Notes under the pieces: model-generated
Seen by the model: the letters and a program-made list of their open reading frames with translations, nothing else
What the model was told of the DNA's origin: nothing
Databases searched by the model: none
Shown here: one piece after another, positions 36,320-47,512 of the stretch
How the letters are laid out: every line of letters begins with the position of its first letter
Position numbering within the stretch: the stretch's first letter is position 1
Program-made: the position numbers and the translations under genes
Virus record (IMG/VR): IMGVR_UViG_3300033153_001906
Span: 55,175-119,174 of that record
DNA length: 64,000 bases
Source: a virus
Direction: 5' to 3' (one strand)

Positions 36320-36328
36320 GTTTTAGCT

Positions 36329-36667
36329 CTATTTTGCACCTGCTGGTAATACTAATCCACCCTTCTTTGCTATTGCAACTGGTGATGCATATTGCTCGTA
36401 TGAATCTGCTGCATCGGCGCGCGGCGTCATAATTGCTACAATTGCATTACGTTGATATATAATATCTTTCTCTGGATCAGACAGCAGGCTTGCTGGCATT
36501 AGACCAACGTTACCCGTCTGTGGATCAAAGGTAAGTGTGCATGGCTTTTTAACAGTCACACTTTGGCTATCGAAAGATGTAACCTTTCCAATAACTTCGT
36601 CACCTGTGATTATGCGGAATGCAATAATCTTGTCTTTTTCAAAGACGGCCTCTTTATTTTCTAACAT
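36329..36667 (-). CDS. Sm-like fold phage protein
   Basis: FRIITGDEVIGKV...VKKP...Y-x2-Y pattern. Confidence 0.6.
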   Translation of the reverse strand: MLENKEAVFEKDKIIAFRIITGDEVIGKVTSFDSQSVTVKKPCTLTFDPQTGNVGLMPASLLSDPEKDIIYQRNAIVAIMTPRADAADSYEQYASPVAIAKKGGLVLPAGAK

Positions 36668-36668
36668 T

Positions 36669-38705
36669 TTAATCTCCTGTGTGTGTTTGTGCGTCTAGTC
36701 CAACTGCTAATCCTGTCTCAGCAGTTAAGTCTACTATCTCACATGAACCTGCAGAACACGCCATTGTTTGCGCCCCTGCTGTGTTATCTTCATTTTCGTA
36801 TTCAGTAAGTAATGTCCAATCTACATTCTTTGGCATTTGCTTAACTAGTGCGTCGTATGTCTTTTTATCAATCTCTTGATACGGTGGTTGTCGATATGAA
36901 TGATTCGTGTGCGGCAAAAATGATACGCCACTCATAACGTCAAAATTCTTATAAACCCATGCGCCAACTTCTAGCCATTCATTATCATGTACATATACTG
37001 TGATGGATGGTTTGTGTTCGCACCAATGAGTTGCGTAAATCTTCCATAATTCTAATTGTTCAATTGCATTCATTTCATTTCGTCCAACACTATTTTTTGG
37101 AGCGTGAATGGGAAAACTGAATACACTATTATGATCTGGTTTTGTTACATCATCTTCAACTGGAAATGAGTATGCTTCCATGAACATGCCCAGCGGATCT
37201 TTCTTGTCTGCGCGTACTGTGCGAATATAGTATTCGCTATAGCGAGGATGAATACCACTGGCTGAATCAACTAATTGTGAAACTGTTCCAGATGGTTTAA
37301 CGCATGTAATTGCTGCTGCTTGTTCGACGCCGATCTTCTTTGCCCAATCTTTGTTTTCTTTTACGCAAACGGCTTTAAGGTCTTCAAGAAAATCAGCCAA
37401 TGTTATATCGCGTTTGCCCTTTTTACCACTCAAGAATTCATTGTCCATGATGCCAGTCAAACTCACACCAAGTAATGCTTCTTCTCTTGTGTTCTTTTCC
37501 CATGCGCCTGAAAGATAACGAAAGTTTGTCAACGACGATTGAAGTGTTCCCAAGATTGTAGCCAATTTCGCTTTACGAGCTAGTGAATCAAAATCATCAT
37601 CTGCACGTACTACAACTTCTGACAGATTACAAAATTGTTTGTTGCGTAGAAGAATCTCCGAACATGGGTTTGTGCCTTGAACGAGCGAACCATCACGACG
37701 GCCATTCTTTGCTGCGTGTGCTTGTGCTGCTGCAACATTATAAATGCCACGTTCACCAGATTTTGACTCAATTAGTGCAAGCCATTCACGCATGAAAATT
37801 TCTACTTCTGGTTTTTCTGTATATGCTACGCTATTGTTTGCAAGTGCGCGCTGAACATTGTTCTCCCACCAGTTACCAGATTTAGCATGACGCATACGCT
37901 CATCTGAAAGATTTGACAAAGAGATCAACGCAGAACGCCTTACCCCGCCTACTACAACTATATCTCCCACTTTACACATTAGATCGTGACACTCAATAGA
38001 GTTCAATTTACGACCTGCTGCATTTGTAAAAACGTTTACTGCAAAACGAAATAATTCATCAAGGGGCGCTGGTCCGCTACTGCGACCACCAAATGTTTTT
38101 AGTCGTGCCCCCGCTGGACGCAAACGACTCAAATCCCACTTTGGAATGCGACCAGTGTAGAGCATAGCGATTAATTCACGAAAACTACTAGCCCAACCAA
38201 GCTTTGAATCTGGTACAACAATTGTTGTGTCGCTCTCAAAGAAATCTTCTGCAACGAGAGGCAATTTTGTAACTTCTTGACGCTCTACACTAAAGCCAAC
38301 ACCAGTGCCACACATAAGAATATACATAGTTTCATCAAACGCACGGGGTGAATCTACAGCTAGAAAAGAACAGTTATAGCCCGCAACGTTATCACGCTCC
38401 AACGCCTTACCAGCACTCATCATGCAACGCATAGATGGCATTACTTCTAGATTTTCAATAGCGAATTCAAGTTCAGGTCGAACTTTCTTATATGCTTTCA
38501 ATCCCTTTGGGAAATTTTCTTCTACATGGTTTTCGAAAAAATCGAGATAACGAGTAATCGTGTCATTCCATGTTTCGCGCCTTCCTAGTTCTTCTCTGTA
38601 TCGTGCGTATCTGCTTAGGTGAATGAATTGTTGATATTCTGTTGGTAGTGTGACTTTGTGTGTTTCATTCCCATTGCTGTTGCGATTGGTCGCGCCATTT
38701 TCCAT
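36669..38705 (-). CDS. nrdJ: class II (B12-dependent) ribonucleotide reductase
   Basis: SRYARY, MPSMR, YNCS, GTGVGFS, VVGGVRRSA, TNPCSEI, TCVKPSGT, C-terminal CSAGSC. Confidence 0.93.
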   Translation of the reverse strand: MENGATNRNSNGNETHKVTLPTEYQQFIHLSRYARYREELGRRETWNDTITRYLDFFENHVEENFPKGLKAYKKVRPELEFAIENLEVMPSMRCMMSAGKALERDNVAGYNCSFLAVDSPRAFDETMYILMCGTGVGFSVERQEVTKLPLVAEDFFESDTTIVVPDSKLGWASSFRELIAMLYTGRIPKWDLSRLRPAGARLKTFGGRSSGPAPLDELFRFAVNVFTNAAGRKLNSIECHDLMCKVGDIVVVGGVRRSALISLSNLSDERMRHAKSGNWWENNVQRALANNSVAYTEKPEVEIFMREWLALIESKSGERGIYNVAAAQAHAAKNGRRDGSLVQGTNPCSEILLRNKQFCNLSEVVVRADDDFDSLARKAKLATILGTLQSSLTNFRYLSGAWEKNTREEALLGVSLTGIMDNEFLSGKKGKRDITLADFLEDLKAVCVKENKDWAKKIGVEQAAAITCVKPSGTVSQLVDSASGIHPRYSEYYIRTVRADKKDPLGMFMEAYSFPVEDDVTKPDHNSVFSFPIHAPKNSVGRNEMNAIEQLELWKIYATHWCEHKPSITVYVHDNEWLEVGAWVYKNFDVMSGVSFLPHTNHSYRQPPYQEIDKKTYDALVKQMPKNVDWTLLTEYENEDNTAGAQTMACSAGSCEIVDLTAETGLAVGLDAQTHTGD

Positions 38706-38731
38706 CTGTGTAGCCCCTGTGTTTATTATTA

Positions 38732-39169
38732 TTATTGAATAACATCAACGCTCTCGCTAGAGAAATTATCAATGATATTTATATTTTTGTAATCTGCAAT
38801 GTTATTTACCTTGCCTAGCTCGTAGTTAAAAATATGCTTTTTATCCACGATGGGCAACAGAAAGCGATCATCTTCTGTTTCGACCAACATTATTTCAACT
38901 CTATCTTTTCCTAATATCACGCCAAGTGTGTGATAGATTAGCAAGCTGATAGAGTTTGTACAAAACAATTTATGATAGAGTAATTCCCAAGGATTCGGCC
39001 AAGACTCTGGCGTATAGTAATCTATACACCTTGCACCTATGGGAACCGTTGCAAAGAATTCTGCAACGTTATTTAGCAGTTCTGTTTCAGGGAGGCCATC
39101 TAAGCTTTCTCTGAAATTCCGCCATTTTTCTATGCGTTCTTCTGGTGTTGAATTATTCCATTCTGACAT
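38732..39169 (-). CDS. hypothetical protein, predicted leaderless
   Basis: 145 aa; ATG 6 nt after TATAAT. Confidence 0.75.
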   Translation of the reverse strand: MSEWNNSTPEERIEKWRNFRESLDGLPETELLNNVAEFFATVPIGARCIDYYTPESWPNPWELLYHKLFCTNSISLLIYHTLGVILGKDRVEIMLVETEDDRFLLPIVDKKHIFNYELGKVNNIADYKNINIIDNFSSESVDVIQ

Positions 39170-39175
39170 CTATGT

Positions 39176-39204
39176 ATTATACTAGATTCCTAGCAAATAG
39201 TCAA
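39176..39204 (-). promoter_or_regulatory. sigma70-type promoter
   Basis: TTGACT-N17-TATAAT. Confidence 0.85.
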
Positions 39205-39206
39205 GT

Positions 39207-42200
39207 TTATTGTAAGTTAATTACGTGAGTTGTATGCCATGTGAGAGTAACAGTCTTGGCATCATCCGCCGAGTTAAATTCTAATCTTCCTGATCTAGGA
39301 TTTAGTGTCACTTCGCCAGCCGCAGGAGTTACGTTTGGATTAGTATTTATTGTCGCATCAACGCCCGCAATTTGCACTTGGAGGTCTTTACCAGCAATAT
39401 ACCACGGCACACACATAAAGTTTGGATTATGCGCGCCTGTTGTTGTTCCATTTCCTATGCTGCGTAAACGTTTAGTACTAATATAATCAGTTTCCATATC
39501 ATAGAGTGTGGCGCCTGCAGCCCCATCGTAGTAATCCATACAGCCAGTGTATTCTCCAGAATGTATGCCAGTCGAACGATAATACTCGACGCCGTTGAGT
39601 GAGTAACGAAGATTGCCTGCTGAAGTGCCTACCCGATGAATACTAAACTCGTCGCCGCCAATGTCTGCTGACGCTTCGTTGGCAGTCCCTAGTATCAATG
39701 CAAATAATGTACCTGATCCAGTTGAGGCTGTTTGAACTAGCGCCGAATTGATTTGCGCAGCCGCGTCAACGGCATTGGTTGTCGTTATGGATTCAGCCAC
39801 TCCTATTTCTGTTGTCGTTACACTTGTGATTGTATATGCACCATTGTTTGCAGATTCAGTTGCACTATAAATTACAATCTTCATACCAACTAAGAATCCA
39901 TCAGCTACAAAATCTGTGCCGCCTGTACGTGTAATAGTATCCGTGCCACTATCAAGATCGAGAGTTGTATAATCATTTACTCCGATTCCTGCTTCGCCTA
40001 CGCCGCGTGTCGCAGTACCTTTTGTCGTAATATCAAATAATAGAACATCACCGTTACCGTCTATTTCTGCACCAGCCGCGTCTGGGATTGTAACTGTTGT
40101 GCCATCATCTAGTGTTATAACATCGAGTGCTGCATGTGCTGTGCCGCCCGCACCGTCGCCACCAATCCAGGTCCCGTTAGTGCTAACGCCGTCAAAGTCA
40201 GTTTCATCTTGTGCTGCAATAGTTACAATACGATCTGCGTTATATGCGAGCAAAAGCGTACCATTATGCGTATCACGAACGTCTATTGTATACTGATCCA
40301 GCGTAGGGTTATTAACTAAGTCGTATGCAAGCCTAATATTATTAGCCATGCTTATGCCGTCTCTTGGAACAGATGCAACAGCAGTAGTCCACAGTAGTAA
40401 TCCGATTGACGCTCGGACTGTTGAGTGTGAGCCTGAACACTTAAATCTAAATGCAAAATCGCCCGTACCGAAATTCTGTTCTCCGTATGGCAGATTAGTC
40501 ATTGATCCCTCTATAGTAGTAATCATGCCTGGCTCTACCCAAAAAGTAAGGGCATTGTTTGAAAAGAAGGTCATTGCATTATTAAATGCAAACGGTTCAG
40601 CGGTTATTTGGCCCGCTACAGCACTAGGCGCTGTAGTAACTGTAGAACCAGTTACGCCCATGTGTGTAGCATCACTAATCGTTGTGCCTGCTTCGTTGCC
40701 GCCTTCATACCAAATTGTGTCCCACGAAGCTGATGTTGCGTTATCGCTAAGTATTCCGTCATATACTTGGGAATCATAGTATTCGCCTACTACTAACTCA
40801 TTCCCCACACCCCCAACAGTATCAAACGAAAGAGCAAGTCCGTCTATGAACGCTTTATCACCAACTGCTGTTGCTGATGCGTTTGTTGCATCTGTGCTTG
40901 TTAGCGTATTGCTGTACGGGGCGATTGTTAATGAAGTGCCTGATAGAGATTCAATAACAAACGTGCCGTTATTGCCTGTGTCATCCATAAGTGCCACTGT
41001 TATGTGATCGCCTGCTGCGAAACCATCACCAGCCCAATCTGTGCTTGCAAATCCAGCACCAACTAATACACCAGTTGTATGATTAACGTCAATATTGTTA
41101 CCACTGAATGTTACTTGTGCATGTGTTGTCCTTGCACTTGCATTACCTAGTACCCAGTTCGTGCCGTCCCAGCCAAACTCATCCCAAAAACCATACGGCA
41201 ATTGTTCTTCACCATTTGCGCCAGCTAGTGTTCCGTCGCCGTTCATGCTGTATATGAACGCACCAACTGGCGCCGAAGTCGAGCCGTTCATCGCATTCAT
41301 AAATATTCCGTTGCCCCAACTATGCACTGGCCCGCCTTGGTTGTGGTAGCTAGGAGAATAAGCTGAAGGCCTGTCAACGCTTTGATACTGCAACACGCCT
41401 TCCCATGCTGTGCCATCACTAAATTGTAGCGCATTCTTTCTAAAGACGACTGATGATGTGATTGGTGTTGAGGCGTTGCCTGGTATAACAGTATCCATCG
41501 TCTTATCTTTCATACATACGTTTGCAGCGCGGCCGTTTGCGACATACCCGTTGGTGGTGTTGTCTGTGTTACTAGTACTGCCATATGCAATCGAAGCTGC
41601 TTCTTTGCCGTCATTACCCATCGTTATCCATAAATTATCATTGTTCATTGGTACAATACATTGTGTTGCTAGATGTTCTACACGCGCCGCTGAGTTATAA
41701 GCAGAATTAGTTGTTTGTATATAGTCTGTTGTGCCTGCTGTTGTTGTGCCTGTTGAGATTCCGTGCGCCCACCAGCTAAACCCTGCAGAAGCATCGGCAG
41801 TTTGACCGTCGTTTACAGTTTTAGCACTAGGTGTTAACATTACGAAACGATCATCTGCATGTTCTCTATCCCAAAGCAGTCCAATAATGCCCGTGCGCCC
41901 AGGCGTACCACTTGTATAGTTTGTTAGAGTAAAGTCAGTTAGTGTAGACATGACTGCTGTTACATCATTTGTGCTTGCTGATAATGTTTGTTCACTGTCT
42001 ATAGTAATAGTATCGGCAGTAACATCAGCGATTGTGTAAACACCATCGTTAGCACCTACTGTCGCAGCCGAAACAACAATTTCCATACCTTCTCTAAAGC
42101 CTTGTAGTAAGAAACTTGTACCAGCATTTCTAAAAATCGTATCTGGGTTAGCATCTGCAAATGTTAGATCGCTACTATCGTCTGTGATAGTCTCTGTCAT

Positions 42201-44396
42201 TATCTCCCACTTCTCGCCGAAGATTTGTGCCTGTGTATCTGTTGCATTAGTGAATAAGTTCTCGGAGACGGTAATAACTGTTGTTGTAACTGCTGCAATT
42301 GTAAATATGCCTGTATTGCCAGCGTCTTCTGCGGTACGAATAATTAATTTTTGTCCAACGCGGAAGCCTTCTGCCAAGAAATCGCTTGCGCCGCCAGTAC
42401 GTGTTATTGTTTCAGGACCAGTTGAATCAAAGGCCAAGTTTGTAGCATCAGTAGTAACATATGTCATGTGTGCAAGATATAATGCGGCATCTGTTGCATC
42501 GTCAAACAATGCCCATAGTTCATTTATTCCAACTTCTGGAATAATTTTTGCACCAACGCCGTTGCCAGTCGATATGTATGCTTGAACGTTATCTTGAATA
42601 TATCCGCTGCCTGCTGCTGTTACAGCAACAGATGTGATTGCACCATCGGCGTCAACAGTAGCTACGTGTGCTGTTGCAGCCGCACCGTTCGCACCCGCAA
42701 CAAGTACAGTATCGTCTACAGCATAATTAGTTCCACCAAATACTACACGAATCTTAGTAATAATGCCTTCTTGGAATGCATAACCCGATGTTACGCCTCT
42801 GCATGAAGTTGCATCTGTAATACCAGGTGGCACAAGTGTAGAAATTGCATAATTACCAACAGTATAATCAGCAGTTTGACGTTCAATACGATATAAGCCT
42901 GTGTCTTCACATGCTGCGTAAATTGTTGAGCCGTCTGTTGCGCACTGTAGCAAACTTGTTACGCTAAGTGCAGGTGTGCTATTTGTATCAATGTTTGCAT
43001 ATTGGCAATTAATGCCGTGAATAGTGATGCCAGTGTAATCAAAGAACAATGCATCAGGGTACATATACCGTTGCAGAATGAATCCCGCTTCGTATATTGA
43101 AGCGTTGACCGCCGTATTCCGACTATTGCTAGTGTTACCGAAAAAGCCGCCCCAATTTCTCTGTCCGTGCCTAAGCGATACGCCATCATCACTGTAAACT
43201 GATGTGTTTGATGCTGTCCAATTAATCGTAGGAATAACAATACCAGTTGGCTCCCAGCGAACACTATTTGCATACCACATGCATAGCGGTCGCCTACGCA
43301 GTTTATATGTGGCTGTTCCAGTAATGCCACCAGTTTCTATTGTAATGCGATACAGATATGGCATTGTGTAGCTGTCTTCAAGATAATCCACCCAGTCACC
43401 TCGATCAGACGTAGTTACTACCGCCGCCGAAGATGCAATATATGTGTTATCTAGATATGCTGGTCTAGCTTCGCTACCGTCTACTGAACGACCAAACGTA
43501 TTTTGAATAGAGGATGTTGATCCTTTCTGTACGCTAGATATATGCCGTAAAGCGTCTTCTCCTACTCCCATTCCCTTGATGGGCATTCCACAATGTCTTC
43601 CTTCTCCTGTGGGGCTATCGCTTAAGCCGAATCTAGAATCGACAGACATGCGGCGAGTAAACCCTTGCGCCCAATCGGTAGTCGTGTTATCAAGTTGTGT
43701 CCATACTATTTCATTATCATCCATTAGAACACCGTGTACATATTTAGTAAGACCTAAGCCCCACAGGGTGTTGTCCCAGCTTAATATGTACGGGTCGTTT
43801 GTACCACCCATATCCCAATTGGATGTGCCGTCAATTGAACTGTTAGCAAAATGAGTTTTAGAAAATAAATCTTCAGCAACCGTAGCTGAAGTTTGTGAAT
43901 TAGACTGCAATGCAGTAATATCATGCGTAATACGATATGTAATCTGTAGAATTTCATCGGCGCCCTGTAGACACGGACTAGCAAGGCTTACAATACTAGT
44001 AATACGATTAGCAGCAGTACTTGTTAACGCGAGTGTCCTGATTTGTCGTGTCGCAGGACTTGGCGGACCAATTGTACTGACTATATCATAGAATGCATCA
44101 ACCATTCCTGCAGACGGCGTATACGCTGCTGGGCTACCGCCGTAGCTGCCGTCAATCCAGTACGCTGTTTGGCTTACATTTGCGCCGTGCGCCCCAACAA
44201 AAATGGCCTCACTAATAGTAACAATAGCTTGCGTCGAATGCACCCAATAGTCACCATCATACAACCCTGATGCATAGTCTGCGGTCATTCTGTTTTCAAT
44301 ATTATCTATTACTTCGATAGGATCACCAATAGCAACCCATTCATCATTAATGAGTTCCGCCTTGTATTTCTCTATTTTATATACGCCTTTAGCCAT
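39207..44396 (-). CDS. large virion structural protein with repeated beta modules
   Basis: 1729 aa, Thr/Gly/Ala/Asp-rich; four GF-x2-G...N-x-G-x-YTI modules; late promoter. Confidence 0.8.
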   Translation of the reverse strand: MAKGVYKIEKYKAELINDEWVAIGDPIEVIDNIENRMTADYASGLYDGDYWVHSTQAIVTISEAIFVGAHGANVSQTAYWIDGSYGGSPAAYTPSAGMVDAFYDIVSTIGPPSPATRQIRTLALTSTAANRITSIVSLASPCLQGADEILQITYRITHDITALQSNSQTSATVAEDLFSKTHFANSSIDGTSNWDMGGTNDPYILSWDNTLWGLGLTKYVHGVLMDDNEIVWTQLDNTTTDWAQGFTRRMSVDSRFGLSDSPTGEGRHCGMPIKGMGVGEDALRHISSVQKGSTSSIQNTFGRSVDGSEARPAYLDNTYIASSAAVVTTSDRGDWVDYLEDSYTMPYLYRITIETGGITGTATYKLRRRPLCMWYANSVRWEPTGIVIPTINWTASNTSVYSDDGVSLRHGQRNWGGFFGNTSNSRNTAVNASIYEAGFILQRYMYPDALFFDYTGITIHGINCQYANIDTNSTPALSVTSLLQCATDGSTIYAACEDTGLYRIERQTADYTVGNYAISTLVPPGITDATSCRGVTSGYAFQEGIITKIRVVFGGTNYAVDDTVLVAGANGAAATAHVATVDADGAITSVAVTAAGSGYIQDNVQAYISTGNGVGAKIIPEVGINELWALFDDATDAALYLAHMTYVTTDATNLAFDSTGPETITRTGGASDFLAEGFRVGQKLIIRTAEDAGNTGIFTIAAVTTTVITVSENLFTNATDTQAQIFGEKWEIMTETITDDSSDLTFADANPDTIFRNAGTSFLLQGFREGMEIVVSAATVGANDGVYTIADVTADTITIDSEQTLSASTNDVTAVMSTLTDFTLTNYTSGTPGRTGIIGLLWDREHADDRFVMLTPSAKTVNDGQTADASAGFSWWAHGISTGTTTAGTTDYIQTTNSAYNSAARVEHLATQCIVPMNNDNLWITMGNDGKEAASIAYGSTSNTDNTTNGYVANGRAANVCMKDKTMDTVIPGNASTPITSSVVFRKNALQFSDGTAWEGVLQYQSVDRPSAYSPSYHNQGGPVHSWGNGIFMNAMNGSTSAPVGAFIYSMNGDGTLAGANGEEQLPYGFWDEFGWDGTNWVLGNASARTTHAQVTFSGNNIDVNHTTGVLVGAGFASTDWAGDGFAAGDHITVALMDDTGNNGTFVIESLSGTSLTIAPYSNTLTSTDATNASATAVGDKAFIDGLALSFDTVGGVGNELVVGEYYDSQVYDGILSDNATSASWDTIWYEGGNEAGTTISDATHMGVTGSTVTTAPSAVAGQITAEPFAFNNAMTFFSNNALTFWVEPGMITTIEGSMTNLPYGEQNFGTGDFAFRFKCSGSHSTVRASIGLLLWTTAVASVPRDGISMANNIRLAYDLVNNPTLDQYTIDVRDTHNGTLLLAYNADRIVTIAAQDETDFDGVSTNGTWIGGDGAGGTAHAALDVITLDDGTTVTIPDAAGAEIDGNGDVLLFDITTKGTATRGVGEAGIGVNDYTTLDLDSGTDTITRTGGTDFVADGFLVGMKIVIYSATESANNGAYTITSVTTTEIGVAESITTTNAVDAAAQINSALVQTASTGSGTLFALILGTANEASADIGGDEFSIHRVGTSAGNLRYSLNGVEYYRSTGIHSGEYTGCMDYYDGAAGATLYDMETDYISTKRLRSIGNGTTTGAHNPNFMCVPWYIAGKDLQVQIAGVDATINTNPNVTPAAGEVTLNPRSGRLEFNSADDAKTVTLTWHTTHVINLQ

Positions 44397-44428
44397 GTTT
44401 ATGAATTCCGTTGTGTGCTTACTTTACT

Positions 44429-44436
44429 TATTTATC
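44429..44436 (-). promoter_or_regulatory. late-type promoter GATAAATA
   Basis: intergenic motif match. Confidence 0.8.
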
Positions 44437-44461
44437 GTTTTTCTAGGACACTGTTATAGTT

Positions 44462-46276
44462 TTATCCGCCGCCGATTGCTCCACCATACGTTCTAGTAAT
44501 TACAAGAGTGTATATTGCATCTGTTTGTGACTGCGCATCTGAGTGACCAGTAAGTACATTTTCGCCACCTAGGTCTGGTGTTTTCGCCGCCTGTTTGAAA
44601 CGTTGTAGGTTCATCGAGTATATCTGATTACGTTGTGTTGCTGCACTCGATAGATTATTCGCAGGCTCAGTCTGGAATTTAGTAATTTTGCTTGGATTCT
44701 GGATGTCAATTACTAAATTATATACTTGTGAAGTTTGACTAGACTGAAATGAAGTTGTTGCCAGTGCGGATCCGCCTGGTCGTGAACTACCAAATGCAGA
44801 AGCAAACGATTTTGGATGTAACGTGTTTATGGTCTGGATTACGTTATCATTAAATGTTTTGTTCCAGCGCCAGGTTGCTCTTAGTGCCTTGCCATCTTCT
44901 ATTGGTATATGGCGTTGAACACCTGGGGTGAATGCATCATGTACCCAATTCGTTCCCTCTAGTCGCTCAGTACGTGTACCAACAAATTTATATTTGTAGC
45001 CCTTGTGTTTACTAAGAAAATCAAATCCATTTGACGTATTAGGTACGTCACGTTGAGTGTAAAACGACACCATGCTTGAATCGCATGTTGTGTCTAGTAA
45101 ACGACCAGTGAATTGTTCTTGTACAGTAGCAGGAGAGACACCTTCGTCAATTTCCCACGTATCTATAAAGTCCCAGCCAGTATAATTTGCTTCTACATTT
45201 AGTTGTCCTGTTGTTAGTCCGCTAACTTCTGTTGCGCCAGGCGCACCAGTACCAACAATACTCGCGGTCTTTGTTGTATTGCCATAGTTTTCTAGATACG
45301 TTGGTGTGCCGCTAAATGTGCCTGCCCAACCGCCTGTATCTGTGCCACCGCCAGTGACAGTAACATCTGCATACGTATTTGTAAATGTGCTGCTAACATT
45401 TGTGCCAGTATCACCAACAAATCCGCCAGCTAAATCACCGCCAGAAGCAACTGTACCCTCAGTGTAGCAATTTTGTATTGTGGCTTCATCTACAACACCT
45501 GCTAGTATACCTTTATAGAAACTAGAACTAACGCCACTAATGTTTGCACCACTAATACCAACATCTTCAATATTGGCTCCACTGCTGATATGTGAGAATA
45601 GTCCAGCATCTTTACTAGCACTCGTAATTGTTAAATTATCAATTACAAATCCGTTGCCTTGAAAATCTCCAGAGAATGGTCTTGATGCTGTGCCAATAGG
45701 ATTCCAGTTCGGATATTCGCTTAAATCAATGTCATTCATTAACCAATATTTTGCGAACGGCCATTCTCTTATACGGTCTAAATCTTCTGCTGTATAGATA
45801 GGGCTATATGTTGCTGGCGGCTGATCGTATGCAAGAGGAAATACTTTTGCATTTGCGTCAAAAAATGATTGAGTTGATACTTGTGCTGCACCACTTGCAG
45901 CACTTATCTGGTAGACTTTAGCTGCTTGAGTACTTATATTTGATGTAGTAACTGCTGATTGTGGTCTACGTGAGATGAACACGGTATCTGAATCTTCAAA
46001 TGGTGTGTTTCGATCTAAATAAAATGTAAATTCGATGTCCGTTGTTTGTGGGTTTACAAATGAGGGTGTTAATGTTAGTGGGTTAATAAGAATGACTGCT
46101 GTACCAAATGTTTGCTCCCACTCAAACGTATGGTTTGCAATATCGTCGCCGATGATTGATGCTCCTAGTGTAACTAAAGACGCGCAAAGAACTGATTGGT
46201 CTGTGCCTGCGTTAGCTAATGCTGCACCAGTATCAGTTCGTATGACACTAACAACTCTCGCCGTAATAAATGGCAT
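44462..46276 (-). CDS. virion protein with GLUG-type beta-helix domain
   Basis: DIDLS-x3-NWNPIG...FSGDFQGNG...GLF...GGFVG...GWDF-x2-TW. Confidence 0.75.
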   Translation of the reverse strand: MPFITARVVSVIRTDTGAALANAGTDQSVLCASLVTLGASIIGDDIANHTFEWEQTFGTAVILINPLTLTPSFVNPQTTDIEFTFYLDRNTPFEDSDTVFISRRPQSAVTTSNISTQAAKVYQISAASGAAQVSTQSFFDANAKVFPLAYDQPPATYSPIYTAEDLDRIREWPFAKYWLMNDIDLSEYPNWNPIGTASRPFSGDFQGNGFVIDNLTITSASKDAGLFSHISSGANIEDVGISGANISGVSSSFYKGILAGVVDEATIQNCYTEGTVASGGDLAGGFVGDTGTNVSSTFTNTYADVTVTGGGTDTGGWAGTFSGTPTYLENYGNTTKTASIVGTGAPGATEVSGLTTGQLNVEANYTGWDFIDTWEIDEGVSPATVQEQFTGRLLDTTCDSSMVSFYTQRDVPNTSNGFDFLSKHKGYKYKFVGTRTERLEGTNWVHDAFTPGVQRHIPIEDGKALRATWRWNKTFNDNVIQTINTLHPKSFASAFGSSRPGGSALATTSFQSSQTSQVYNLVIDIQNPSKITKFQTEPANNLSSAATQRNQIYSMNLQRFKQAAKTPDLGGENVLTGHSDAQSQTDAIYTLVITRTYGGAIGGG

Positions 46277-47502
46277 TAGACAGTAATCGTACCAGTTAGA
46301 GTTATTGAAATTTGGTCAAGCGTTCCATCAGGGGACGCAGGGCCAAATACCTCTAATCGGTCGCCTTTTGCGAATGTTGTGCTTGCACCAATGGTAACTG
46401 TGCCAACATTTGTACCAATTGCAAATGTTACTGAACCAAACGATACACCATTTTTCTGTATATCATAAATTTGCTCTGCAATAGAAACTACGTTTGCGTA
46501 TGCTTCTGATGCCACGCCTGATGCGAATGTTACTGCTTGCGTTGTAACGTGTAGTGATTTTAGTGCATTTGCAGCTAATATTAGTCCTTCGAAATAATAA
46601 CCAGCTTCATACGGCAGTATTACTGCACCAGCATCCGTACCACCAGTGATTTCTATGTTTAGGTTGGTGTGTACTAGACCTGTTATCTGGCCTGGTGTTG
46701 ATGCATTAACTCTATTAATGAGTGTAACTGCATTTTCTGCTTCGGTATGGTTTATAGCTAACCTTGCGTTGTTTGTAAATGTACCGCCAAATGCAGCGGA
46801 TCCGATCAACTGGGCTAGAACAGGGTTAAGTACATCGGCTACTGCTAATATAACATTATCTCTCGTATTAGCTACATCAATGGTTGTATCAGCAGCAATT
46901 AATACTGTTGAGCCTAATATGTCTGATGTTGCAACTGATAGTGTTTCACCAGAACCACCTGCAACTATAAATGTTGTATTAGCAGAGCGATAATTTATAC
47001 CACCACTAGTTACCTCTATAGTAGCAATGCCTGTGCCTGGTCCGCCAGTTGTGGTAAGGACTTTACCAACAAAGCCTGACCCAGTTGCACTAATTGCTGT
47101 AATACTATCGTTAACGTTAAACCCTGTACCAGCAACATCAACACTAATCGTAATTATATTTCCACGAAATGTAGGATCCCATAGAATGTCATTTTCAGTC
47201 AGAACTACTGCTGGATTCGGCGAACCAATTAAATACGTAACAAGTGAGTTAAAGTTTGTAGCAGTAAAGCTTTCGTCAAATTGTGATTCAACTAATTTGT
47301 TATCTACGATATCCTGTGCTACTGCCTCGAACCCAATATCAGCATATACTACAATACTAGCAAGTGCTAGGGCTGGGTCTTGCCCAATCCACGCTTGTCC
47401 AGTATCAGACGTTAACGCAACTTCACCTGGAAGTAGCGGCTGCGGCAGATTCTCGCGTCGTCCGCGTCTGTTTTGAATTCTACTGATTACGATATTAGCC
47501 AT
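46276..47502 (-). CDS. virion fibre-like protein, paralog of 47513-49012
   Basis: ISRIQNRRG-x-RENLPQPLLPGE-x-ALT-x-DTG N-terminus. Confidence 0.8.
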   Translation of the reverse strand: MANIVISRIQNRRGRRENLPQPLLPGEVALTSDTGQAWIGQDPALALASIVVYADIGFEAVAQDIVDNKLVESQFDESFTATNFNSLVTYLIGSPNPAVVLTENDILWDPTFRGNIITISVDVAGTGFNVNDSITAISATGSGFVGKVLTTTGGPGTGIATIEVTSGGINYRSANTTFIVAGGSGETLSVATSDILGSTVLIAADTTIDVANTRDNVILAVADVLNPVLAQLIGSAAFGGTFTNNARLAINHTEAENAVTLINRVNASTPGQITGLVHTNLNIEITGGTDAGAVILPYEAGYYFEGLILAANALKSLHVTTQAVTFASGVASEAYANVVSIAEQIYDIQKNGVSFGSVTFAIGTNVGTVTIGASTTFAKGDRLEVFGPASPDGTLDQISITLTGTITV

Positions 47503-47512
47503 TTATACTTCC

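Noticed and set aside
36669-38705. Intein or intron in nrdJ, thyA, clpP or clpX
   Set aside because: Lengths and motif spacing look normal; no splice motifs or homing endonuclease seen
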